This document shows positions 1 to 8,488 of a stretch of DNA of 39,940 nucleotides, piece after piece (the stretch's first letter is position 1; each line of letters begins with the position of its first letter). This DNA comes from Candidatus Woesearchaeota archaeon (GTDB taxonomy: Archaea; Nanobdellota; Nanobdellia; Pacearchaeales; GW2011-AR1), in assembly GCA_964545215.1 (NCBI GenBank), contig CAZJEV010000001.1:1-39940 (forward strand). Reading direction: 5' to 3'. The translations under genes and the position numbers were made by a program. Below the pieces are notes generated by a model, which ran no database searches, had not been told where the DNA came from, and saw nothing but the letters and a program-made list of their open reading frames with translations.

Positions 1-826
1 CCACCGACTTTAAGAATTCTCTAAATAAATTTTATGAATTAATGGATTTTTCTACCAACATGGTTATTGTTTCGCCTAAACAAAGGAAAAGACAATTTGA
101 TTCCATTTTAAATTTGAGTATCTATAAAGAACTAAAAAATAGAGTATTCTTTTATGACTATGAATCTCTCGAAGAATACTATTCAAATCCTTTTTCTTCC
201 AAAAAACTTGATATATTTGTATAGAGCATTATTAGTCTAGAGTTTTGAAACATGGCGGTAGTTTGTGGGTTTCTGGTAGTTTTCATAATATCTACCAGAC
301 GGGATTTATTATACAAGAATTTTTCCCAGATATAAAAATAAACAATAGCATCATTTGGTTTAAGCCGAATGCCCAACCAAATATAACTTGCAGATTCTTT
401 ACAGAAAGCACAGAACATTTAATTTGGGCTTCTAAGAATGGCAACGGCAAGAAATGGAAGTTTAACTATGATTGGAGTAAGCAAATAGAAGATCCTATTA
501 ATCCTAAAGGAAAGCAAACGAGAAATGTTTGGAGTATTCCGTTAACTCCAAAAAAAGAAAAATGGGCTGGATCACATCCCACACAAAAACCATTTGAATT
601 ATTAAAAAGAATAATCTTATCTTGCACAGACGAAGGAGATGTTGTTCTTGATCCTTTTGTCGGTTCTGGCACAACTTCTGCAGTAGCCAAATATTATGGG
701 AGAAATTCAATAGGAATAGAGCTTGATAAGAAATATATAGATATAATAAAGAAAAGATTACAAAAAGAACAAAAAACCCTTTCTGGAGAAGAACCAGAAA
801 TAATATTTGAAGAATTTAAAGATTAA
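1..826 (+). pseudogene. Disrupted beta-class (N6-adenine/N4-cytosine) DNA methyltransferase; 5' end lies outside the window
   Basis: Frame 3 is open from the window edge to TAG 222-224 (..NMVIVSPKQ..ESLEEYYSN..). Frame 2 reopens after TAG 233-235 with SRVLKHGGSLWV and runs to 826 with HPTQKP and DPFVGSGTT (AdoMet motif I). This is the beta-class order motif IV, TRD, motif I. The halves are separated by a frameshift plus stops, and the expected (D/S)PP(Y/F) after the strand MVIV reads SPKQ (72-83). Confidence 0.6.
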
Positions 827-880
827 ATTTTTTTATCTTCTTAGATCCCTTAGACGCAACAATACAAAGACAAAGCAAGG

Positions 881-888
881 TTTAAAAA
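881..888 (+). promoter_or_regulatory. TATA-box-like element upstream of uS12
   Basis: TTTAAAAA preceded by purine-rich AAGG, 69 nt upstream of the ATG at 950 in an otherwise non-coding spacer. Confidence 0.3.
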
Positions 889-949
889 CCAAAAAAATCA
901 AGGATAATTATTGCTATTATTACAATTAAACTAGCATCTAAAATACAAA

Positions 950-1372
950 ATGGGATTAATGAATGCAAGAAAATTAATGAAAAGGCAGAAAAAATTTAGA
1001 TGGAGCCAGAGGCAGTATAAGAAAAGAATTTTGAAATTGAGGGAAAAAGCTGATCCTCTAAAAGGAGCTTCTCAAGCAAGAGGTATAGTAATATCAAAAT
1101 TCCAAAAAGAAGCAAGACAGCCAAATTCTGCTATGAGAAAATGCTGCAAAGTCCAGCTTATTAAAAATGGGATACAAGTCGGAGCGTTTATCCCGAGAAA
1201 TTTAGCGCAAAAATTCATTGACGAGCATGATGAAGTTATAATTGAAAGAATAGGAGGAAGAATGGGGCGCTCTAAAGGGGACATTCCAGGAATCAGATTT
1301 CAAGTTATAAAAGTAAATGAACAGCCCCTGCATTTGCTTGTTAAAGGCAAGATAGAGAAAGGAAGAAGATAA
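950..1372 (+). CDS. rps12: 30S ribosomal protein uS12 (archaeal S12P / eukaryotic S23 type)
   Basis: 140 aa with ..[42 protein letters not shown].. and the basic N-terminal extension typical of archaeal/eukaryotic uS12. Confidence 0.95.
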   Translation: MGLMNARKLMKRQKKFRWSQRQYKKRILKLREKADPLKGASQARGIVISKFQKEARQPNSAMRKCCKVQLIKNGIQVGAFIPRNLAQKFIDEHDEVIIERIGGRMGRSKGDIPGIRFQVIKVNEQPLHLLVKGKIEKGRR

Positions 1373-1373
1373 A

Positions 1374-1610
1374 ATGGCAATACGCGATACAACAGACCCT
1401 GAATTTTTAAAGAATTTCATTATAAAAATATATAATGAAAGAGGGGTTTCTTTTGCAACTAACAATATTCCGGAATATGTGAAAAACATGGAGGGCGACT
1501 TTATTGAGAGAGATGCTGATAGAACAAATCCATTAAAAATAGTTTGTATATTAACAATGAAAGGAAGAGAATATGCCTTAGAAAATGCAAGGACAATGGA
1601 GATTGGGTAA
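1374..1610 (+). CDS. Hypothetical 78-aa protein inserted between uS12 and uS7
   Basis: The ATG lies 1 nt after the uS12 stop (TAA 1370-1372), in the same orientation. No recognisable motif. Confidence 0.45.
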   Translation: MAIRDTTDPEFLKNFIIKIYNERGVSFATNNIPEYVKNMEGDFIERDADRTNPLKIVCILTMKGREYALENARTMEIG

Positions 1611-1642
1611 AGATTTTAATATGATAAGGGGAAATAATTAAA

Positions 1643-2272
1643 ATGACAGAGCAAAAAATAGAAAAGATGCAGGAAGATTTGAAATTTAAGCTATTTGACT
1701 TATATGAAACCACAAGCGTTCAGGTAAAAGACCCTGCGTTAAAACCTTACATAAATCTTAATCCTAGGCTTCTCGCCAAATCTTATGGAAGGCAGACTGA
1801 AAAGCAATCTGTACTGAAAGTCCCTATAATTGAAAGACTTGCAAACAGACTGGCAGTCCCCGGGCATATCGGAAAAAAGCATAAAATAATTACTTCATGG
1901 AGCTCAGGGAAATACAATAAAAATATGAAAACAATCCTTAAAGCAATGGAGAAAATAGGGCAAAAAACAAATGCCAATCCAATTCAAATACTTGTTAATG
2001 CAATTGAAAATGGAAGCCCAAGAGATGAAATTACCGTAATTGAGCATGCCGGAGCAAGATACCCGCAGGCTGTTGACTGCTCGCCATTCAGAAGAATAAA
2101 TTTGGCAATTAGATGGCTTATTCAGGGAGCTTATAACAAATCATTTGGAAAAAGAAGCAAAATAGCAGATGCACTGGCAAATGAAATAATAAATGCTGCA
2201 AAAGGAAGCATGGAAAGCTATACAATGACAAAAAAGAACGAGGCCGAAAAGCAGGCGGATGCCGCGAGATAA
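1643..2272 (+). CDS. rps7: 30S ribosomal protein uS7
   Basis: 209 aa with ..PIIERLANRL..GKK.., ..NPIQILVNAIENGSPRDEIT.., ..RRINLAIRWLIQGA.. typical of archaeal S7P. A GGGG Shine-Dalgarno-like stretch lies about 12 nt upstream. Confidence 0.95.
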   Translation: MTEQKIEKMQEDLKFKLFDLYETTSVQVKDPALKPYINLNPRLLAKSYGRQTEKQSVLKVPIIERLANRLAVPGHIGKKHKIITSWSSGKYNKNMKTILKAMEKIGQKTNANPIQILVNAIENGSPRDEITVIEHAGARYPQAVDCSPFRRINLAIRWLIQGAYNKSFGKRSKIADALANEIINAAKGSMESYTMTKKNEAEKQADAAR

Positions 2273-2311
2273 TTGTCATTATTTCTAATGTGTTTTGTAT
2301 GCTCAAAATGC

Positions 2312-2335
2312 AACCGCACCTTGAAAGGCGCGGTT
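2312..2335 (+). terminator. GC-rich hairpin followed by T-run after uS7
   Basis: AACCGCACC-TTGAAA-GGCGCGGTT (8 of 9 pairs) followed by TTTCGT. It lies 40 nt after the uS7 stop and is unusually GC-rich for this sequence. The function is inferred. Confidence 0.3.
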
Positions 2336-2470
2336 TTCGTCAAGCATCTTGACATTAAAGATAGTTTTAAAAAGCTATTTTATTATCAGTTTTTATTCTC
2401 TTACTTATTAACGAAGGAGAATTTATATTTTGTGAAAGGCAGGATTTATTATTAACGGAAGAAAAACAAA

Positions 2471-4660
2471 ATGGCAGAAAAAGAAACAAGCTTAGAGAAA
2501 ATAGAAAGACTGACAGGAAAGCAGAAAAATATAAGAAATATAGCGACAAGCGCGCATATACATCATGGAAAAACTGCTTTAACTGATAATCTTTTAGCAG
2601 CTGCCGGATTAATGGCGGCAAAAATAGCCGGAAGCTTAGAAGAAGGAATGGCAACATGGCAGCATGCTGATGAGCAGGAAAGATTAATGACAGTTGACGC
2701 TGCAAATGTAAGCATGGCGCATGAATATCAAGGGCAGGAATATCTTATTAATTTAATTGACACTCCGGGACATGTAGATTTTGGAGGAAATGTGACGAGA
2801 GCAATGCGAGCTATTGACGGGACAATTGTTTTAGTCTGCGCTGTTGAAGGAATAATGCCTCAAACAGAAACAGTATTGAAACAGGCATTAAGGGAAAGAG
2901 TCAAGCCTGTTTTGTTTATCAATAAAGTTGACAGATTAATAAAAGAATTGAAATTAAATTCTGAGCAAATTCAGCAGAGATTTACAAAACTTATTCATGA
3001 TTTTAATAATTTAATCATGCAGATTGCAGAGCCGGAATACAAGGAAAAATGGCAGGTTAATGTTCAGGATGGAAGCGTGGCATTTGGCTCTGCCAGAGAA
3101 AACTGGGCTTTATCAATTCCCTTTATGAAAAAAAAAGGAGTTTCATTTAAAGATATTTATAAAATCTATGAATTAGAGGGAGAAGCCAGAAAAAAATGGG
3201 TTTGGGAAAATGCGCCCCTATATGAAGTTCTTCTGGACATTGTTATAAAGCATCTTCCAAATCCTGTTGAAGCGCAAAAATATAGAATACCGAAAATATG
3301 GAAAGGAGAGCTGCAGAGCAAATTCGGGCAGGATTTGCTGGCGTGCAATAAAGACGGGGAAATAGCTTTTATAATTACAAAAATAGTAATTGAACCAAGG
3401 TCGGCAAAAGAAGTTTCTGCTGGAAGATTATACTCTGGAACAATTGAAAATGGCATGGAAGTTTATTCAAACATGAACAAGAAAAAATACAGGGTCCAGC
3501 AAGTTCTTGTTTATAATGGCATTAAGCCGGAGCAGATGGAAAAAGTTTCAGCTGGAAATGTTCTGGCAATTTCAGGATTAAATGTTGATGTTGGTGACAC
3601 AATCACTGTCAACCCTCAAACTCAGTTTGAGGAAATTAAGCATATTTTCCAGCCAGTTATTACGAAATCAATTGAAGCTACAAAATCAGCTGATTTGCCA
3701 AAGCTGATTGAAATATTGAGAAAAGTCGGCAAAGAAGACCCCAGCATAAAAATTGAGATTAACGAGGAGACAGGAGAAAATTTAATTTCCGGGATGGGAG
3801 AATTGCACTTAGAAATTATAGAAGGAAGGATAAAGACAGAGAAAGGGCTGGAAGTTAAAACAGGGAATCCAATTGTTGTTTATAGAGAATCAATTGCAAA
3901 GGCAAGCCCTGAAGTAGAAGTTAGAACTCCTAATGGGCATAACATATTTTTTGTAAGCATGGAGCCTTTGGAAGATAAAGTACATGATGCAATTGAATCA
4001 GGAATTCTACCAGAAATGCGCCTGAAAAAGAAAGCTGAAGATGTCTGGAAAAAATTAGCTGAATTGGGAATAAGTAATGATGAAGCAAGGCAATATCAGG
4101 AGATTTACAAAGGAAATGTTTTTCAGGATGCGACAAGAGGAATTGTTTTATTGCCAGAAGTTATAGAATCAATAATTGACGGATGGAGATTAGTTATTGA
4201 TGGGGGGCCGTTGGCAAAAGAGCCTTTGATGAAAACTAAATTTATATTGCATGATGCAAAATTGCATGTAGACCATATGCACAGAGGGCCTGCGCAGATT
4301 TATCCTGCTGTAAGGCTTGGAATGCATGAGTCAATAAAAAAAGGAGGAGCTGTAATTTTAGAGCCAATTCAGACTCATTTAATTGAAGTGCCAGTTGAAT
4401 TTATGGGAGCAGTAACTGGATTAATAGGAAGCAAAAGAGGAATCCTTATAGATATGCATCAGGAAGGAAATGATGTTTTTATAAAGGCAAAAATTCCGGT
4501 TGCAGAAATGATTGGATGGAGCAATGACCTGCGCAGTTCCACGGAAGGAAGGGGTGTTTCCTCACTGATGGACCAGCACTTCCAAAAACTGCCTGCTGAA
4601 CTGCAATTTGATGTTATCCGCAAAATCAGGCAGAGGAAAGGCCTGGCGGAAAATCAATAA
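2471..4660 (+). CDS. fusA: Translation elongation factor aEF-2
   Basis: 729 aa with the G domain AHIHHGKT, DTPGHVDF, NKVDR, and a domain IV loop HVDHMHRGPAQ containing the diphthamide-type His. Confidence 0.97.
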   Translation: MAEKETSLEKIERLTGKQKNIRNIATSAHIHHGKTALTDNLLAAAGLMAAKIAGSLEEGMATWQHADEQERLMTVDAANVSMAHEYQGQEYLINLIDTPGHVDFGGNVTRAMRAIDGTIVLVCAVEGIMPQTETVLKQALRERVKPVLFINKVDRLIKELKLNSEQIQQRFTKLIHDFNNLIMQIAEPEYKEKWQVNVQDGSVAFGSARENWALSIPFMKKKGVSFKDIYKIYELEGEARKKWVWENAPLYEVLLDIVIKHLPNPVEAQKYRIPKIWKGELQSKFGQDLLACNKDGEIAFIITKIVIEPRSAKEVSAGRLYSGTIENGMEVYSNMNKKKYRVQQVLVYNGIKPEQMEKVSAGNVLAISGLNVDVGDTITVNPQTQFEEIKHIFQPVITKSIEATKSADLPKLIEILRKVGKEDPSIKIEINEETGENLISGMGELHLEIIEGRIKTEKGLEVKTGNPIVVYRESIAKASPEVEVRTPNGHNIFFVSMEPLEDKVHDAIESGILPEMRLKKKAEDVWKKLAELGISNDEARQYQEIYKGNVFQDATRGIVLLPEVIESIIDGWRLVIDGGPLAKEPLMKTKFILHDAKLHVDHMHRGPAQIYPAVRLGMHESIKKGGAVILEPIQTHLIEVPVEFMGAVTGLIGSKRGILIDMHQEGNDVFIKAKIPVAEMIGWSNDLRSSTEGRGVSSLMDQHFQKLPAELQFDVIRKIRQRKGLAENQ

Positions 4661-4720
4661 ACTGATTTTCATTATGGCTTACCAAGGATAAGTTTTTAAT
4701 TCTGAAAAACAAGGAAGATT

Positions 4721-5320
4721 ATGCAAAAAGAGACTAAGATTTTGCCTGTCTTTCAGTGGGCATCAACAATTTTACTTATTATTCTGCTTGCTATTTTAAT
4801 CAGCCCTTCAATTGACATCAATATAAACTACTTGATTGCAATCTACAGGCAGGAATCTTTGATGAAAATAATGACGGCGATTTCTTTTTTAGGGTCAAAT
4901 ATATTAATTTTTTTATTTTCATGCATAATTGCATTTTTATTCATCTTCAAAAAAAGGTATAAAGATGCTAATTTTTATCTTCTGGCAGTTATAGGAGCAG
5001 CAGCTCTTGAGTATCTTATCAAAGAAATCGTGAGAAGGCAGAGGCCTGAAAATCTTATTGAAAAAGGTTTTAGTTTTCCAAGCGGGCACGCATCTGTATC
5101 TATGGCTCTTTTTGGGGCGCTTGCACTTATAATTTATCCTAAGAGCAAAAAAGCAGCTTTTAGCATTCTTTTAATCCCGTTACTAATTGGATTCAGCAGA
5201 ATTTATCTTGGAGTTCATTGGTTTAGCGATATAATTGCAGGATATTTGTTTGCAATTATATGGATTTTGTTCTGCTACTTGATTGTTTATAAAATCCTCC
5301 GGAATGATGCCTTTTCCTAA
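4721..5320 (+). CDS. PAP2-family (type 2 phosphatidic acid / undecaprenyl-diphosphate) phosphatase, membrane protein
   Basis: All three PAP2 motifs are present: KEIVRRQRP, PSGH, SRIYLGVHWFSD. Several TM segments. Confidence 0.85.
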   Translation: MQKETKILPVFQWASTILLIILLAILISPSIDININYLIAIYRQESLMKIMTAISFLGSNILIFLFSCIIAFLFIFKKRYKDANFYLLAVIGAAALEYLIKEIVRRQRPENLIEKGFSFPSGHASVSMALFGALALIIYPKSKKAAFSILLIPLLIGFSRIYLGVHWFSDIIAGYLFAIIWILFCYLIVYKILRNDAFS

Positions 5321-5398
5321 ACAACTCTAAAAGAATTAAAATATTGCTTGAGAAATTAAAGAGGCGCAAAATAAAAAATATTAATCTTATAAATTATC

Positions 5399-5650
5399 AT
5401 GAATTTAAGAGAAAATGCGAGAATTCCTGCAAAAATTGAGGAATTAGCTGTTGACCAGGAATTATTTTATGTTAATAATACTCCTGTTCCCGAAGCTGAC
5501 GGGAGCAGAATTATTGGACCATTAACAGAAGAGCAATTAAAATGGAAAAGACAGCAATATGAAAAAATTGTTAAACAAATTGAAAGGGAAGCAAATGATG
5601 TCAGAGAAAAATATCCGTTTATTGTTTATAGTTTAAAGAGGGTTGAATAA
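5399..5650 (+). CDS. Hypothetical 83-aa protein
   Basis: ORF only, with an A/T-rich TATA-like stretch about 29 nt upstream. No motif recognised. Confidence 0.4.
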   Translation: MNLRENARIPAKIEELAVDQELFYVNNTPVPEADGSRIIGPLTEEQLKWKRQQYEKIVKQIEREANDVREKYPFIVYSLKRVE

Positions 5651-5654
5651 TTAT

Positions 5655-6044
5655 TCAAAATTCTTCAAGTTTCAAATCTTTAATTCTTTCAAAATGCTTT
5701 TTATTATTTGTTAAAAAAGGCTCGCCATTTTCTATTGCAATAGATGCTATCATTATATCAGGCAGTTCTATAATCTCTCCATTTGTCTTTAAATCATTAA
5801 ATATTTCTGCAGATTTTTCTGAGGCTGAATAATTAAAATTATATATCTTCAAATTAGCAAGAAATCCCTTAATTGCTTCTATACTGACTTTCGATTGATA
5901 AGGAATTCCTTTAAACAACTCAAAAGAATTTACGGAAGTTGTAGATAACTTCTCTCCGTTTACTCTGATTTTGTCTATTTTTGAAACTACTTCTTTTTTA
6001 TTTCTTAAAAAATCTATAAGCACATCCGAGTCTAAGCATGCCAC
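5655..6044 (-). CDS. vapC: PIN-domain toxin VapC
   Basis: N-terminal CLDSDVLIDFL and C-terminal FLTNNKKHFERI acidic/PIN signature. The GTG start overlaps the upstream antitoxin stop by 1 nt. Confidence 0.8.
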   Translation of the reverse strand: MACLDSDVLIDFLRNKKEVVSKIDKIRVNGEKLSTTSVNSFELFKGIPYQSKVSIEAIKGFLANLKIYNFNYSASEKSAEIFNDLKTNGEIIELPDIMIASIAIENGEPFLTNNKKHFERIKDLKLEEF

Positions 6045-6259
6045 TATTTGAATCTCCTTGATTTAATCTTTCTGTCTTCATATATCTGCTTTTTTATTCT
6101 TTCTCCTTCTTCTTCAGTCAGAATTCCCGCATACTTCATAATATTATCACCTTTCACTTTTTTTGAAAGCTCTATTACAATCTCCGAAAATGACTTATTC
6201 GCCTTCAGTTTTTCAAGCTCTTCGTAAGCCTCATCTGAAATTGAAATTACCTTTGTCAT
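6044..6259 (-). CDS. vapB: VapB-type antitoxin (small, ISISDEAYEELEKLK..SFSEIVIEL pattern)
   Basis: 71 aa, immediately upstream of and overlapping the PIN gene. The sequence pattern is typical of archaeal CopG-like antitoxins. Confidence 0.65.
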   Translation of the reverse strand: MTKVISISDEAYEELEKLKANKSFSEIVIELSKKVKGDNIMKYAGILTEEEGERIKKQIYEDRKIKSRRFK

Positions 6260-6268
6260 ATATACATG

Positions 6269-6280
6269 TATGCATGCATA
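6269..6280. promoter_or_regulatory. Perfect 12-bp palindrome between TATA-like box and vapB start (candidate operator)
   Basis: TATGCATGCATA lies between the minus-sense CTTAAATA box (6281-6288) and the vapB ATG at 6259. Confidence 0.4.
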
Positions 6281-6408
6281 TATTTAAGGAATATTGTGAT
6301 GAAAAATATATGATAGAGAACATAATAAACTGCTCATGTTGAGAATGAGCAAGAAACAGAAACCCTTAAATACAAAAATGCCCCCTGAAGAAGATAAAAA
6401 AGGTGAAA

Positions 6409-6648
6409 ATGACAACAAGAACAATAGCTCTAAGTTTGGATTCTGATTTTATTAATAAATTAAGAAAAAAATCTGTGAAGCAGGGGTATAGGGATATTCA
6501 TCAGTATATAGAAGAGGTTTTGAGAAGGCAGATTTATTGGAATAGAAAGAGGGTAAAAAAGAAAGATGCTGAAAGCGAGTATTTGGATAAATTCTCAAAG
6601 CCTACAAAAGAAACTTATAAAATAATGAGGAGCATTCAACCAAGATGA
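6409..6648 (+). CDS. Small RHH/CopG-like protein
   Basis: TRTIALSLDSDFINKLRKK..GYRDIHQYIEEVLRRQI has a strand-helix-helix pattern. The ATG at 6409 is preceded by AGGTGA. The track start 6403 is a GTG inside that SD-like motif. Confidence 0.45.
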   Translation: MTTRTIALSLDSDFINKLRKKSVKQGYRDIHQYIEEVLRRQIYWNRKRVKKKDAESEYLDKFSKPTKETYKIMRSIQPR

Positions 6649-6923
6649 GCTATGAAGAGGTTTTAATTTCCGCGGGATTTGGGTTAATTGGGGGAGTAAT
6701 AAGAGGAGTGATAGGATTGTTTAAAGCATTGTCTTTTAAAAGAAAAATCTCATGGAATTACTGGCTTTTAACAGCTGTTGTATCAGGGCTGATAGGTATA
6801 TTGACCGGAACTGTTTTCAGCTTTGACCCCCGGCTTTCAATATTGGCAGGATATGCTGGCACGGATATTTTAGAGGGAATTTACAAATCTTTTAAAGTTG
6901 AAAAGGTTTATGTTAAGAGATAA
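6645..6923 (+). CDS. Small membrane protein (about 3 TM)
   Basis: ATGA overlap with the preceding ORF. Gly-rich hydrophobic segments. Confidence 0.5.
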   Translation: MSYEEVLISAGFGLIGGVIRGVIGLFKALSFKRKISWNYWLLTAVVSGLIGILTGTVFSFDPRLSILAGYAGTDILEGIYKSFKVEKVYVKR

Positions 6924-6978
6924 AAAATGAGTTTTTTATTTTCGGAAGAATTAAAAATCCTTTTTATGAGTAATTTTG

Positions 6979-7356
6979 ATGCGAAAAGACATTGTTGCTT
7001 TGATATTGGAAAGGAATAGCAAAATACTTCTTGAAAGAAGGAAAAAGGATAAAGAAATTGGTAATTGTGTAACATTTCCGGCGGGCCATGTCAGGAATTG
7101 GGAGAATAATCTTGCCGCATTGAAAAGAGTGATGAGGGAAGAATTAGAAATAAATATTAGTTACCTTTCTCTTGTTTATGAGGCTGATTTTGATTGCGAA
7201 GAAAAGCAGAGGATTTTTTGGTATTCTTGCAAGGAATGCGAAGGAGAAATTAGAAATAATGCTGAAGAATTGTTATGGGCAACTCATAAAGAAGCTTATT
7301 CTTTATTGAGCCATGAAATAAGCAAAACTGCTTTAAGGAAATATTTGTCAAAATAA
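6979..7356 (+). CDS. Nudix-like hydrolase (slightly degenerate Nudix box)
   Basis: GHVRNWENNLAALKRVMREELEI fits Gx5Ex7R(E)UxEExGU except that RE is RV. ATG 6979 is favoured over TTG 6976 because a TATA-like box lies 29 nt upstream. Confidence 0.55.
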   Translation: MRKDIVALILERNSKILLERRKKDKEIGNCVTFPAGHVRNWENNLAALKRVMREELEINISYLSLVYEADFDCEEKQRIFWYSCKECEGEIRNNAEELLWATHKEAYSLLSHEISKTALRKYLSK

Positions 7357-7391
7357 AATAATTTTTTAATATTAACTATTTTGTAATAATG

Positions 7392-7399
7392 TTTATAAA
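7392..7399 (+). promoter_or_regulatory. TATA-like octamer, 29 nt upstream of ATG 7421
   Basis: TTTATAAA, part of the constant-spacing pattern described in the findings. Confidence 0.45.
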
Positions 7400-7420
7400 T
7401 TAAAAAGGTAAAGATAAAGA

Positions 7421-8053
7421 ATGCTGTCTATTACAGGAAAAGGAGTTTATGATTTTAATCCGGGAAGAGTTTTATTGACAAGCCATGAGCTTGGTTTAAA
7501 TTCAAATTTTGGCTGGCTTGAAACTGCAGTAATTTCAGATGTTTTACAGCAAGAGGCAATAGCAACTTTGGATAATGGAGAAAATGTCTTGCTCAAAAGA
7601 TATAAAGGAAGAAAAGATGAGGGAATTAATGAGAGAATTCTTGTAAAAATCGGCAAAATTTATTTATTTAATGAGCAGCCGATAAAAAAAGCTTATTTCA
7701 TTTCTGCTGAAATTCCTGAGTATTTTACATTTATCAAGCAGGGAAGATATATGCTATACTCATTATGGGATAAAAATATGGAAAAATCTTCAAAAATACC
7801 CTCTTTTTCTGAGATAAAAGAATATTTTGATGTTGAAGATGAGCAGGCAATTGGTTATTTGCACGACGCGAAGGGAAAAAAGATAATAACCCCTCATGAA
7901 ACCCTTAATTTTAACAATGGGAGAAAATCTTTGATATGTAGTTATGCTTCTTCATTAATTCTTTGCGAGAGAAAGGAAGATGTTAAAGGTTTAATTGAGC
8001 ATTGCAATGAGATTAAAATGCGTGCAATTAAAATGCAGTCTCTTTTCAGCTGA
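7421..8053 (+). CDS. Hypothetical 210-aa protein
   Basis: ORF with a promoter-like box at the canonical spacing. No motif recognised. Confidence 0.5.
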   Translation: MLSITGKGVYDFNPGRVLLTSHELGLNSNFGWLETAVISDVLQQEAIATLDNGENVLLKRYKGRKDEGINERILVKIGKIYLFNEQPIKKAYFISAEIPEYFTFIKQGRYMLYSLWDKNMEKSSKIPSFSEIKEYFDVEDEQAIGYLHDAKGKKIITPHETLNFNNGRKSLICSYASSLILCERKEDVKGLIEHCNEIKMRAIKMQSLFS

Positions 8054-8063
8054 TATTTATATG

Positions 8064-8127
8064 TCAAAAATCACATGTGATAAAACTCTTTACTTTAGTG
8101 GTGAGATAATGAACATGTGATTTTTGA
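8064..8127. repeat. 15-bp perfect inverted repeat (hairpin, 34-nt loop)
   Basis: TCAAAAATCACATGT (8064-8078) pairs with ACATGTGATTTTTGA (8113-8127). Confidence 0.7.
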
Positions 8128-8133
8128 GCATGC

Positions 8134-8184
8134 TCAAGAACCATACTAAATAACACGCCATACACTTTAGTGTATGGTTCTTGA
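8134..8184. repeat. 13-bp perfect inverted repeat with a competing inner 8-bp hairpin, followed by T-runs
   Basis: TCAAGAACCATAC (8134-8146) pairs with GTATGGTTCTTGA (8172-8184). The alternative pairing is CCATACAC (8158-8165) with GTGTATGG (8170-8177). CATTTTTTATAAAATTTTTT follows. Confidence 0.7.
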
Positions 8185-8433
8185 CATTTTTATAAAATTT
8201 TTTCAACGGCAAAAAGATCAGGAAAATCGTGTACACACTCAATAGATATGGCCACTTATTATTAGGCTATTAAAAAAGAAGCTTTTTGCCATCATTAGGA
8301 CACATTTTATCTATTTATCATTGATAATCTAATTTATGGCATACCTATTAATTATTAGATTTAATTATTAATTATACTTAAACTATTGGGAACAAATGTC
8401 ATGAGCCTGCAAAAAGCCCAGAAAATCGCAAGG

Positions 8434-8441
8434 TTTAAATA
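8434..8441 (+). promoter_or_regulatory. TATA-box-like element upstream of aEF-1alpha
   Basis: TTTAAATA preceded by AAGG, 55 nt upstream of ATG 8489. Confidence 0.35.
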
Positions 8442-8488
8442 CCATCAAAATTAAAAAGTTATACTTAAATATTTTATAAGTTGTCATA

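Noticed and set aside
2273-2455. A 60-aa ORF with CxxCxxC in the rps7-fusA spacer.
   Set aside because: It has a TTG start immediately after the rps7 stop, spans the GC-rich hairpin and the A/T-rich promoter-like tract, and has a low-complexity C-terminal half. It is more likely non-coding spacer.
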